This document shows, piece after piece, positions 1 to 9,530 of a stretch of DNA of 64,000 nucleotides. The notes under the pieces are model-generated. The model ran no database searches. It was not told where the DNA came from and was given only the letters and a program-made list of their open reading frames with translations. The position numbers were made by a program, and so were the translations under genes. Source of the DNA: a bacterium (GTDB lineage: Bacteria > UBA8248); NCBI GenBank assembly GCA_965200245.1, contig CBDATS010000002.1:54552-118551 (forward strand). Direction: 5' to 3'. The stretch's first letter is position 1, and every line of letters begins with the position of its first letter.

Positions 1-13
1 CATCTAGGTCTTT

Positions 14-87
14 TGGGGGATCGTCTAGCGGCAGGACACCAGACTCTGGATCTGGGTACGGAGGTTCGAATCCTCCTCCCCCAGCCA
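14..87 (+). tRNA. tRNA-Gln (anticodon CTG), CCA encoded
   Basis: Hand-folded cloverleaf: acceptor 14-20/77-83, D stem 23-26/34-37, anticodon stem 39-43/51-55 with loop CTCTGGA (anticodon 46-48), T arm GGAGG-TTCGAAT-CCTCC 60-76, discriminator G84, CCA 85-87. Confidence 0.9.
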
Positions 88-162
88 CCAAATGCTTGCC
101 CGCTGGGTTCTGGAACGCGGGAATTCGTGGTTTTCTTTCCTCGTCAATGAAAGGAGTCGATA

Positions 163-819
163 ATGACCTTGAGAATCAATTACGAAGCACCGGATTTCTC
201 CGCCAACACGACCCAGGGTCCCATCAATTTCCATGAATGGATTGGCGACGGCTGGGCCGTCATCTTTTCACATCCGAAGGACTTTACGCCAGTCTGCACC
301 ACAGAACTCGGTACGATGGCCGGCCTCAAGTCGGAATTCGACAAAAGAAACTGCAAAGTGATCGGTATCAGCGTCGACGGAGTTTCCGATCATGAAAAAT
401 GGTCCAAGGACATTGAAACTTCTCAGGGCCATGCCGTGAACTATCCGCTGATTGGCGATCCCGAACTGGCAATCGTCAAGGCCTACGACATGCTGCCCGC
501 CGATGCCGGTGACACTTCCGAGGGCCGGACGGCCGCCGATAATGCAACGGCCCGTTCGGTATTTGTTATCGGACCGGACAAAAGAATCAAGGCAACGCTC
601 ACCTATCCGATGAGTACGGGACGGAATTTCGTTGAAATTCTGAGGCTGCTCGATTCCTGCCAGTTGACAGCCAGTGAACAGGTGGCGACTCCGGCAAACT
701 GGCAACAAGGTGAAGACGTGATCATTTTGCCGGCCGTTTCTGATGAAGATGCGAGGAAGAAATATCCGGAAGGATGGGAGTCGCCGCTTCCGTATATTCG
801 GGTCGTCAAACAACCATAA
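163..819 (+). CDS. 1-Cys peroxiredoxin (Prx6-type)
   Basis: 218 aa; FSHPKDFTPVCTTELG active-site motif; AAAGGAG RBS upstream of the ATG. Confidence 0.9.
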   Translation: MTLRINYEAPDFSANTTQGPINFHEWIGDGWAVIFSHPKDFTPVCTTELGTMAGLKSEFDKRNCKVIGISVDGVSDHEKWSKDIETSQGHAVNYPLIGDPELAIVKAYDMLPADAGDTSEGRTAADNATARSVFVIGPDKRIKATLTYPMSTGRNFVEILRLLDSCQLTASEQVATPANWQQGEDVIILPAVSDEDARKKYPEGWESPLPYIRVVKQP

Positions 820-891
820 CTTTTTTGTATCTGTAGATGCACGCAAACAGGAAAGTTATACGGAATCGCCGGTCCGGTTAGACAAGTCAAA

Positions 892-932
892 AAGAGCCGC
901 GGTCATTGTTCCTGACCGCGGCTCTTGATTTT
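892..932. terminator. Bidirectional rho-independent terminator between convergent genes
   Basis: 14-bp perfect stem AAGAGCCGCGGTCA/TGACCGCGGCTCTT with a 7-nt loop, A-run upstream and T-run downstream. Confidence 0.8.
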
Positions 933-948
933 GATGAGCTTGAAAGGG

Positions 949-1944
949 CTAGTTCTTCCAACCTTCAGCTGCCATGGCCTTCTTCACCATGCTCAAGTCC
1001 ATGCCCTCCTTACGGAGATCCACTGTTCGTTTCGCTTTGCGTTTTTCCAGAAGCACCTTGCCCATGTGATCAAACCATTTGTAATCCGCCTCCGAAGGGA
1101 GAAGACCAAATGTCAGATCGTTTACAGAGGCTTTCACTATTTTCAGCTTGATTTTCGAACCTTTCGATTGCAGGTGATTCAAGTAAATACGGGCAAATTT
1201 GTCGCGATCATCCCTGTGCAATTTCATGCCACGAATGAATCCTCTCAGGAATTTCGTGTAGACATCCTTGTTTTTCTTGAGGGTTTTTCCGTTGGCCATG
1301 AGGATCCACAGGTTATTTGCATATTTGCAGAAAGTTTCCACTGTGCGGGCATACCCTCTGTCGATTGCAATGGCAGCCTGCGGGTTGTTCAAGGCTATCA
1401 TATCCACTGTCCGGGATTTAAGCGCCGCCATGCGGGTATCATTGTTCATGTTTACAGTTGTGAAGTCATTCACTGTCAATCCGTATTTCGGCAGGATGAA
1501 GGTTGTCAGTGTGAAATATGTACCCGTTGCCTTACCTACTCCCAGTCTTTTGCCTTTCAAATCATGCAGGGTTTTCACAGGTGACTTGGGAGATGTGAGA
1601 ATTTTGTTTGCCTTGCACCAATAGTTGGCGTTTGCGATGCCGGGCGCATTCGCTCTTTTCGATATCGCGGAATAAAAAGCACGGTCGGCAGCACCACCGA
1701 TATCAAGAGAGTTCGCCAGAATCGCCTGGCGCATCAATTTGCCCTGCGGAAACTGTTTAATGGTGTATTTTCCCTTGCCGATGGTTTGATCATAGTAGCC
1801 CATCTTGTGAGCAACGATTGTAACCGCTCCCATGACAGAGCGATGATGGCCTATGCGGAACGGCGCCGCATGAGCGGAATATACCGTGAACAGAATTCCC
1901 GCCACGGTCATGGCGACGGCAAGAAACATACCTCTTCGACTCAT
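949..1944 (-). CDS. ABC transporter periplasmic substrate-binding protein (NMT1/THI5, NitT/TauT-like)
   Basis: Start moved to MSRRGMFLAVAMTVAGILFTVYSAHA (signal peptide) with a GAGGAGG RBS; SsuA/NMT1-like body. Confidence 0.8.
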   Translation of the reverse strand: MSRRGMFLAVAMTVAGILFTVYSAHAAPFRIGHHRSVMGAVTIVAHKMGYYDQTIGKGKYTIKQFPQGKLMRQAILANSLDIGGAADRAFYSAISKRANAPGIANANYWCKANKILTSPKSPVKTLHDLKGKRLGVGKATGTYFTLTTFILPKYGLTVNDFTTVNMNNDTRMAALKSRTVDMIALNNPQAAIAIDRGYARTVETFCKYANNLWILMANGKTLKKNKDVYTKFLRGFIRGMKLHRDDRDKFARIYLNHLQSKGSKIKLKIVKASVNDLTFGLLPSEADYKWFDHMGKVLLEKRKAKRTVDLRKEGMDLSMVKKAMAAEGWKN

Positions 1945-2168
1945 TACAATATCCTCCTCAAGATTCATCGCCCGAAGGCATTCACAAAAGAAACTCCAAA
2001 TAAGCAACCCGTTGCCGTGAAGCGAATTTCAATGCTGAAATTTTACTCATCTCTATGGGTATGAGAAACGTTAGCATACCTTGAACCGAAATTACATCCC
2101 GTCAGGCTGAAGGTATCCATCTTCCATTTTTCATCGATGAATCTCCGCCCTGTTCTGACTTGCCCTGC

Positions 2169-3380
2169 TCAGGTGATAAATTCCGGACCGGGACTTCGTC
2201 TCTGCAGGGACAAGGCCAGAAGAAAACCCACAAACAAAACGATTGAAAGTGTCCAGAAAGCGTTCAACATCCCTATTCTTTCACCAAGTAATGAAAGAGG
2301 AATCGCCGTCAGGCCAGCCAATATCCAGCCGCCCCCCAAAATCAAGGAACTCGCGAACCCCCGATGCTCGGGGAGATATTCCTGTGCCAGCGCTACCGAT
2401 ACACCCATGGGCACGAACGCTCCGGCGCCAATGACTGCGAGTGAAATATAAGCCCACTCCAGGGAAGAAACCTGGAACAACAACATGCCGACAAAAGCGC
2501 ATCCGACACCAATCGTAATCACCTTGGGTTTTCCATACTTGTCACCCAGGATACCGCCGAGCATTACGCCGATGGCTCCCGAGCAGAAAATGACCGTGTT
2601 GGCAATGCCGCCGCGCCAAAGCCCCAAACCCTTTTCGACGAATATCGTGGGCAAGAATCCTCCCAGATTCGCTAATGTCGTCCCTCTGACAACGGCGATG
2701 CCAAAGAGAAGAAGTATGGGTCCGCGAACACCCTTCAGGGAAGCCAGCAACCCAACACGCTCACTCGTACCTTCCACTTTCTTCTCTCTCTGTGGTGGAG
2801 CCGGCATACCCAACTTCACACCCCCCATGGCAAGCACCGCCACAAGTATGAACACCCACAGATACTCCATACCCATCTTTTCCGCGATGAATATGGCGAT
2901 CAACGGCCCGAACGCAAAACCGAGCCTGCCTCCCGTAACGAACAGGCTGACGATAATACCGGAATGCGCGGAACTCAGCCTGCCTGCTCTCGCGGCCATA
3001 TCCGGATGACAAAGCCCAAAAAGAATTCCCCCTGAAATCAGTGCCGCAGCCAAGCCATATATGCTTGTGACCCACCCGATTGCCGTAAAGGCGATGGAAC
3101 TGCCAATCAAACCTACGGCAAGCCAAGGCAGCCAGGGCCACCTGTCGATGACGATGCCCGTGATGGGTTGCGTGATGGAACCGCTCACCGCCTGACATGA
3201 AATCAGCAATCCGACCGTCGTGAGGCTTAGTCCCAGTTTTTCCTTCAGTAATGGAACAAGGGGCGCAAAGAAATTCGCCTGGCTATCCACCACGAAATGC
3301 GCAAAGAATATGAGGCCCGTTCCAGTCCAAGGCGAAGTGCGGAAAGACGGCTTTTCCGCGGCTTGGGTGTTCTCTTGCAT
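2169..3380 (-). CDS. MFS transporter
   Basis: About 400 aa, polytopic and hydrophobic, with MFS-like loop motifs; ATG at 3380 preceded by GAGGTG (alternative GTG at 3386). Confidence 0.8.
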   Translation of the reverse strand: MQENTQAAEKPSFRTSPWTGTGLIFFAHFVVDSQANFFAPLVPLLKEKLGLSLTTVGLLISCQAVSGSITQPITGIVIDRWPWLPWLAVGLIGSSIAFTAIGWVTSIYGLAAALISGGILFGLCHPDMAARAGRLSSAHSGIIVSLFVTGGRLGFAFGPLIAIFIAEKMGMEYLWVFILVAVLAMGGVKLGMPAPPQREKKVEGTSERVGLLASLKGVRGPILLLFGIAVVRGTTLANLGGFLPTIFVEKGLGLWRGGIANTVIFCSGAIGVMLGGILGDKYGKPKVITIGVGCAFVGMLLFQVSSLEWAYISLAVIGAGAFVPMGVSVALAQEYLPEHRGFASSLILGGGWILAGLTAIPLSLLGERIGMLNAFWTLSIVLFVGFLLALSLQRRSPGPEFIT

Positions 3381-3382
3381 GC

Positions 3383-4381
3383 TCACCTCGGGGCCATGGC
3401 CTTGAGCGTACGCTCGACTGCTCCCTGATAACCCTCGCCCGCAAGCACGGGGTCAATCATCAAGGCGGGCATATCCACTCCGGCCTCACAAAAAACGGCC
3501 AGCCGTTCACGACATCTTTCCGGTGGACCGACAAGACAGAACTCGTCAATGATGGCGTCTGTGATTCCGTCTCTCAAGGCTGTCTGATCGCCTTGTTCGA
3601 AGGCTTTTCTGATGTTTTCCGCCTCTTGTTCATAGCCACTTTCCTGAATCGAGTTGTTATAGACGGGAAGTCCAAGCCAATACGTCAGGGTTTTACGGGC
3701 GGCTTCTCTGGCAAGGGCAAGGTCATCACAGAGAAAAGTATGCATTCCAAGGTCGATTTTCACGTCCCGGGGATTCCGACCCGCACGTTTCGCGCCTGCG
3801 TCTCTCGCTTCCAGATAGGCTTTCATTCTCGATAACGGAACCATATACGGCAATAATCCATCGGCGATTTCTCCACCCAGGGCCGTCATCTTCGGGCCGA
3901 CCGCCGCGATGTATATCCGGACTGGATAATTTGAGCGCCTGAATTTCAATTCTTCTCCCTGGTAAGTCTGGACAGGCAAAGGATAGACGGACTCACCCTC
4001 TAGGACGCCCCTTACCTCACAGACATATTTGCGCGTATCTTCTACAGGATTTCCCGGTTCAATCCCCATCGCCCGGATTCGAGGCGGGTGTCCGAGCCCA
4101 AGACCCAGGATATAGCGGCCACCTGAGATTTCGTTGATCGTTACCGCACCTTGGGCCGCCATGGAGGCATGGCGCAAATATATGATGGCTACCGAACTTC
4201 CAATCTCAATCCTGGAAGTGTATGTCGCCATCAATTGATTAATCGCCAGTGTGTCCGTAAGGGATTCTGTCGTATATACACGATCGTATCCCAATTCTTC
4301 GCCAAGCCTTGAAACCTCTCCCAGCCCCTTGAAGGAAATGTCCGCAAAAGTCAGAAGCCAAAATCCGAGGCGATGCGTCAT
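3383..4381 (-). CDS. LLM-class flavin/F420-dependent oxidoreductase
   Basis: Luciferase-like pattern (GGRYILGLGLGHPP, DRVYTTE); start taken at MTHRLGFWL. Confidence 0.8.
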   Translation of the reverse strand: MTHRLGFWLLTFADISFKGLGEVSRLGEELGYDRVYTTESLTDTLAINQLMATYTSRIEIGSSVAIIYLRHASMAAQGAVTINEISGGRYILGLGLGHPPRIRAMGIEPGNPVEDTRKYVCEVRGVLEGESVYPLPVQTYQGEELKFRRSNYPVRIYIAAVGPKMTALGGEIADGLLPYMVPLSRMKAYLEARDAGAKRAGRNPRDVKIDLGMHTFLCDDLALAREAARKTLTYWLGLPVYNNSIQESGYEQEAENIRKAFEQGDQTALRDGITDAIIDEFCLVGPPERCRERLAVFCEAGVDMPALMIDPVLAGEGYQGAVERTLKAMAPR

Positions 4382-4418
4382 GAAAAACCTTTCTCCAATC
4401 CCGAATTCCCGATAATGA

Positions 4419-5174
4419 CTATTGACACAACCTGCCCCCATCTACCAGCACAACCGCCCCGTTCATGTATGACGCTTCGTCCGACGCCATGAAAACGGCG
4501 CAGTCCGCGATTTCCTCGGGAGTCGCAAATCGTCCCAACGGTATATTACTCATCAGCCTCTCTCGTCTACCTGCTTCGACCTCTACACGATGCTTCGTGC
4601 CTTCGCTCAACGTCGTTCCCGGAGCTATGGCGTTGACACGAATCCCCTTAGGCCCGAGTTCGGCGGCATGCGCCTTCGTCATCAGATGCATGGCCCCTTT
4701 CGTCGCGCAATACAGGGAATTATCGGGTACTCCCGCCTCACCGGACGTCGAGCCAATGTTGATAATTTGACCCCCGGACCTGGGAATCATGTGCCTGGCG
4801 GCCAATCCGCTCAGCATAAACGAAGACATCGCGTTGACTTGAAACAGTGCGACCACGTCTTCATGCGATACTTCTTCTACGGGTTTGTTGCAGCGAATGC
4901 CGGCGCAGTTCACCAGTATATCGAGATACCCTAGATGCATGAGTGCGCGATTCATGAGTGGAGCAACATTCGCCAGGTTCATTAAGTCAACGCACTCTCC
5001 GGCAGCCGAAATTCCTTGAGCCTTGCAATGTTAGATCGTCTCCTGCAAGGCATCCCTGTTCCCGCCGCCCGCAAGATACAGCGAACAACCCTCCCCGGCG
5101 AAACGCCTTGCTATGGCGGAACCGATCCCCACAGAAGCACCGGTGATAAACGCTGTCTTTCCCTTTAGTCGCAT
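4419..5174 (-). pseudogene. SDR-family oxidoreductase interrupted by an in-frame TAA (codon 48, 5031-5033)
   Basis: The N-terminal Rossmann segment MRLKGKTAFITGASVGIGSAIARRF (from ATG 5174) is in the same frame as ORF 4419-4982 (NCAGI, YCATK motifs). Only one TAA separates them. Confidence 0.8.
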
Positions 5175-5189
5175 GCCGGATGGCCCCTT

Positions 5190-5744
5190 TTATCCTAGCG
5201 GAGGCTCCACTCCCTCAGGAAGCGGAAGTTCAAATGCGTTGAGCGTCATCGAGACTGTTGTGTAATGCCCGATGAGGCCAATCAACTCCACCAACCCGCG
5301 TTCCCCGAAATGATCGAACGCATTATGATAAACCTGATCGCTTACGAAGTGATTTTCATGCAGTTCGATACAAAAATCGTAGATCGCCTCCTCATCGCCA
5401 GCCATCCGTTCGGGTCGCTTGTTCTCCTGAACCGCCTTGATGATGTCAGGAGACAATCCTCCCTTTCTGGCCAGGGGTTCGTGGGCGTACCACTCGTACT
5501 GGGAACTCCAGAACCGGGCGGTGACAAGTATCGCAAACTCGCTCAGTCTGGGTTCAAAGAGTGTGCCATAGCGCAAATATCGCCCTGTTTCTTCCAGCTT
5601 TTCGAGGAAAGCGGGGCTTTTGAGCCATGCCAGAAATGGGCCGCGGACACCTCCTCTGGGGCCAGAGGCGATTTTTTCGTAGAGTTCTCTTTGCGAATCC
5701 GTCATCTGCTCGAACGGCGTTTCAATCAAACGAGTCATTGGCAT
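5190..5744 (-). CDS. Carboxymuconolactone decarboxylase (CMD/AhpD-like) family protein
   Basis: 184 aa; CMD-like helical pattern (ILVTARFWSSQYEWYAHEPLARKGGLS). Confidence 0.7.
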   Translation of the reverse strand: MPMTRLIETPFEQMTDSQRELYEKIASGPRGGVRGPFLAWLKSPAFLEKLEETGRYLRYGTLFEPRLSEFAILVTARFWSSQYEWYAHEPLARKGGLSPDIIKAVQENKRPERMAGDEEAIYDFCIELHENHFVSDQVYHNAFDHFGERGLVELIGLIGHYTTVSMTLNAFELPLPEGVEPPLG

Positions 5745-5941
5745 CTAATCTCCTTGGTTTATCTCCAACTTGAGCGGTGAAATTACCTGCTACAAAAGAA
5801 TATCGCAGGTTGCAAGGCGATGCTTAATTTGATACACAATGTTCAAGGTTGCGGGCGGCGCGACCAAGTTGAGTTTTCAGGGGATGTACGTGGGGTGAAG
5901 ATGGCCTCTACGCATTTCCAAAATTTGCAGGAGATCAGCAA

Positions 5942-6157
5942 GTGCCAGAAGGAACAGTGAAGTGGTTCAATGACGCGAAGGGCTATGGTTTCATTTCTCA
6001 AACGGATGGTGACGATGTTTTCGTTCATTTCTCCGCCATCCGGGGAGACGGCTTTAAAACCCTTGAGGAAGGACAAAGCGTGAATTTCGAAATTGTCCAA
6101 GGCCCGAAAGGGCTGCAGGCGGCCAACGTCACAAAAGGGGGTGACTCCGGAGAATAG
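5942..6157 (+). CDS. Cold-shock protein (CspA family)
   Basis: [15 protein letters not shown] and [12 protein letters not shown] motifs; GTG start. Confidence 0.9.
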   Translation: MPEGTVKWFNDAKGYGFISQTDGDDVFVHFSAIRGDGFKTLEEGQSVNFEIVQGPKGLQAANVTKGGDSGE

Positions 6158-6181
6158 CCTCTCACACAGAGAAAATCCAAA

Positions 6182-6212
6182 ACGGCGGCTCCCCCCGAGC
6201 CGTCGTTTTTTG
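6182..6212 (+). terminator. Rho-independent terminator after the csp gene
   Basis: Stem ACGGCGGCTC/GAGCCGTCGT (one G-U pair), C5 loop, T6 run. Confidence 0.75.
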
Positions 6213-6301
6213 TCTGCCGAGGGGTTGAACCTTCGTGATATGATTTTATCAGCCGAGTAATCCGAACCATCCAACGGTTCAAATTCACGGAAAGGCATTA
6301 C

Positions 6302-7405
6302 ATGCGCGACGTCATTATCATCGGTGGCGGCATCATCGGACTGCTTGCGGCCAGAGAACTCCAAAAAACGGGCAGGAGCGTCACCCTGATCGAGAAAGGT
6401 CGGCCGGGCGCGGGCGCGACCTGGGCTTCCGCCGGTATCATCTCGGTTCACGGCACGAGCGGATCCGCCGATATCCAGGGGCCACCGGGCCTGAAACTCC
6501 GGACAGCCTCCTATGAGGAATGGCCCTCTCTCACGCAAGCCATTGCGGAAGAAAGCGGAACGGATGTCGAGTTTCGCCTCACCGGGGTTTTGCTGATCGC
6601 CATGAACGAGGATGAAGCCGCGGCCATTCAGAAGAAAGCCCAATCACGCGAATGGGGCGATACGGAATGGATGCCACCCGAAGTACTCAGGAACGAAGAG
6701 CCCTGCCTTTCGGAGGAGTTGACGGGGGCTCTGCTCGTCGCGGGAGGAAACCTGGAAGTCAGAAAGTTGGGACCCGCTCTCGAAATCGCCTGCAGGCGGA
6801 TGGGGGTAGAGATACTCACAGGCTGTGCGGTGGAGGAGATTCTCCATGACGGCGAGAGAGTCACGGGCGTCCGCACCGACGCCGGTGTCCACGAGGCACC
6901 CGCCGTCTTTCTTTGCGCCGGGCTGGGCAGCAGGAACGTGCCCGGCGCTGCGCCGAGAGCTCCCATCACCCCGCAGCGCGGACAGATGATCGCCATGGAC
7001 GCCCGAGCTATCAGTCTGAAGCGCGTGGTGCTGACCGTGAACGATCCCTATCTCGTACCCCGCACAGAGGGCCGCATCCTGCTGGGTGCAACGAGAGAGT
7101 TCGCGGGCGAGGACCCGAGGCTCACGGTGGGCGGCCTCTCCTGGCTGCTGAGCGAGGGTGTGCGCATCGCGCCCGGAATCTCCGCCTGCGCCATCGAGGA
7201 AACCTGGTGCGGCTTCCGGCCTACTTCGTCGGACTACCTGCCCCTCATCGGCCAAGGTGCACTCGAGGGACTCCATTTCTGTACCGGGCACGGGCCTTCG
7301 GGCATCGGGCCCGCGCCAGCGAGCGTGCGGCTGGCGACGACTCTCTACCTGGGAGACGCACCCCCGCTCGACCCTGCACCCTATGACCCGATGCGCTTCG
7401 CGTAG
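6302..7405 (+). CDS. FAD-dependent oxidoreductase (glycine oxidase ThiO / DAO family)
   Basis: N-terminal VIIIGGGIIGLLAAREL dinucleotide-binding fold; DAO-like length and C-terminus. Confidence 0.75.
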   Translation: MRDVIIIGGGIIGLLAARELQKTGRSVTLIEKGRPGAGATWASAGIISVHGTSGSADIQGPPGLKLRTASYEEWPSLTQAIAEESGTDVEFRLTGVLLIAMNEDEAAAIQKKAQSREWGDTEWMPPEVLRNEEPCLSEELTGALLVAGGNLEVRKLGPALEIACRRMGVEILTGCAVEEILHDGERVTGVRTDAGVHEAPAVFLCAGLGSRNVPGAAPRAPITPQRGQMIAMDARAISLKRVVLTVNDPYLVPRTEGRILLGATREFAGEDPRLTVGGLSWLLSEGVRIAPGISACAIEETWCGFRPTSSDYLPLIGQGALEGLHFCTGHGPSGIGPAPASVRLATTLYLGDAPPLDPAPYDPMRFA

Positions 7406-7810
7406 CAAATGCGTGGCCGCATAAAAAATTCATTTTGAAAATTTCTGATATACGTCGATGCGTTACTTGAACATACTCTGGCAAGTATATGATTTAAATC
7501 ACAATATTGATTCAATATCCATCCTGAATCTTTCAAGAAACTGAATTTCAGGAATTCTATGGATACCTACGCGTAATCGAAATAGTCAATCGGAATTGAA
7601 GGCGTTTGTTGGGGTGCCGATTTCACTACGTTAACTTCCTTCTGTCCCCTCCAAAGGAAAACGCGAGGTTGTCGAGTTACCCATACTATTCCCCTGATTT
7701 CTGACGTCACGAATTGGGGAAGAAACAAACGGGGCGGACACTCAGGTCCGTTCCTGCTGTTTTTGACTACACGATATTTACTTGCTCCACCATCCCCGCC
7801 AGCATGAATC

Positions 7811-8119
7811 CTACGCAGTCGCTTCCTCGCGCAGCGGCTTCGTGAACGCGATCGCCGCCACGTCGAAGTATTCGAGGCTCGCGTTGTTCGCCCTGCGGAA
7901 ACTGCGCTGTTTCTCGGAGTTGAACCAGGCGTCGGCGCTGGCCTTGTCCTCAAAGTGGTAGACGGAAGCCATCCGGCCTGTCTCCTCGTTCATGCCCCAG
8001 GTCTTGTCGATGAGGCCGGGCACCTCGTTCTCGAAAAAGGCGGCGGCCTGCTCCCTGTCCGCACGAACCTCGGCGAGCGTGGGCGCGACGGCGGGATAGT
8101 GTAAAATGACCATCATCAT
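7811..8119 (-). CDS. Small ABM/YdhR-like monooxygenase-fold protein
   Basis: 102 aa with a ferredoxin-like alpha+beta pattern; candidate hairpin plus T-rich tract downstream near 7735-7760. Confidence 0.5.
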   Translation of the reverse strand: MMMVILHYPAVAPTLAEVRADREQAAAFFENEVPGLIDKTWGMNEETGRMASVYHFEDKASADAWFNSEKQRSFRRANNASLEYFDVAAIAFTKPLREEATA

Positions 8120-8293
8120 GGCGGTGTCCTCCTCAGGATGTCCGAACAGCGATGTGGGTAAACCTGCGCGTCTTTCGAGTGGAATGATAGCCTACGGGAC
8201 GCGAATCTGCCAAACGCTGACAGAGCGGGCGGGAGCCTGAAATCTGAACATTCGAGAGAATTTCCTGTTTTTGGCGAGAAAGGAGAAGCGAAG

Positions 8294-9241
8294 ATGACAG
8301 AGGCGGCGTATCGAGAAATATATGAACGGGCGAGAGAGAACCTGGAAAAATCGGGAGAACACAACCCCTACGACATTCTGGGTCCTGACCTGCCCGGCAC
8401 ACAGACGGCACTCGCAGGCTTCACGCGCTTCGGCCTCAAAATGCGCCTGATGCTCACCGATTCCGCCGACACCGGGTTCGACTTTCTCGGCAAAAAGCTC
8501 AAAACCCCCATCATGACGGGTTCGATGAGTGCCAACACGCTGGCGGCCCACTGGGCGGACGGATTCCTGCAAGTGGCCGAAGGTGCCGCGCGCTTTGGAA
8601 CCCAGTACTGGATAGGCGACTGCACGGATGAAACCTGGCGCGAGGCGGCCGCCGCCTTTCCCTCCGCGATTCGTATCGTTAAGCCCTGGCGGGACAGGCA
8701 GCGCACCTTGACTTCTCTCAAACTAGCGGAGGACACAGGCGCCTTCGCCGTCGGCATGGATTTCGAATCCTGCTTCTATAACCCCGAATGCAAACCCCAA
8801 AGAGCGGACTCGCTCGAGGGCTACGTGAAGGCCACAGGGCTTCCCTTCATCTTCAAGGCGATAGGCTCTGCGCAGAGTGCACGTATCGCACGCGACGCTG
8901 GCGCCGCTGCCGTCATCGTCACAACTCACGGAGGAGCGCACGGGCCCTCTTGGGCGCATCCCATGGAAATCCTGCCAGAAGTCGTGGAGGCCGTGGGAGA
9001 CGACTTGCTGGTTCTTGCCGAAAGCGGCGTGAGGCGCGGGGACGACGTATTGAAACTCCTGGCCCGTGGCGCGAAAGGCGTAACCTCGGGAAGGGCGCTC
9101 GTGCTTGGTCTGTTCGCAGGAGGACCGGCGGGCGTCGCGGAGATGCTGGAACTGATGCAGTCTGAACTCAAAAAGTCCATGGTCCTTGCGGGTTGCAGGG
9201 ATCTGGACTCGATTACGGGGGATATCCTGATTCCGAGGTAG
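8294..9241 (+). CDS. FMN-dependent alpha-hydroxy-acid oxidizing enzyme family protein
   Basis: C-terminal TIM-barrel motifs (VIVTTHGG, ESGVRRGDDVLKLLARGAKGV); AAGGAGAAG RBS. Confidence 0.7.
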   Translation: MTEAAYREIYERARENLEKSGEHNPYDILGPDLPGTQTALAGFTRFGLKMRLMLTDSADTGFDFLGKKLKTPIMTGSMSANTLAAHWADGFLQVAEGAARFGTQYWIGDCTDETWREAAAAFPSAIRIVKPWRDRQRTLTSLKLAEDTGAFAVGMDFESCFYNPECKPQRADSLEGYVKATGLPFIFKAIGSAQSARIARDAGAAAVIVTTHGGAHGPSWAHPMEILPEVVEAVGDDLLVLAESGVRRGDDVLKLLARGAKGVTSGRALVLGLFAGGPAGVAEMLELMQSELKKSMVLAGCRDLDSITGDILIPR

Positions 9242-9309
9242 CTACAAGGGAACCCTAAACCGAAAGGCCGGAGTTTGGCCTGCCACTCCCCCTCGGGGGG
9301 CAGTTTCTC

Positions 9310-9418
9310 TCATCGCCCGTCATCCCGGTATCGATTCCAGCCAACCCGGGAGGGGTCACGGGGTATGGGACAGATGGATTCATCGCCCGCCTGGATTCCG
9401 ACATTTGCCGGAATGACG
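9310..9418. repeat. REP-like imperfect palindromic element
   Basis: Direct repeat TCATCGCCCG at 9310 and 9380. Arms GTCATCCCGG (9319) and CCGGAATGAC (9408) are near reverse complements. The translated artefact WIPTFAGMT is typical of this repeat class. Confidence 0.45.
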
Positions 9419-9530
9419 ACATTCTTCGGCTTATGGGTTGCAGGAACAGGCCCTGTGCCTGTCCTGACCGAATCTACCCTGAAGAGGGGCCATTGCAGAG
9501 GACAACCACAGAATTCGACCCTGAAAACGT

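Noticed and set aside
6160-6301. TPP riboswitch upstream of the ThiO-like oxidase
   Set aside because: None of the conserved CUGAGA or ACCUGAUCUGGAUAAUGCCAGCG-like elements are present.
7567-7953. 128-aa ORF spanning the AT-rich spacer and the 3' end of the YdhR-like gene
   Set aside because: It is Arg/Ser-rich low complexity, overlaps a better gene out of frame, and has no RBS.
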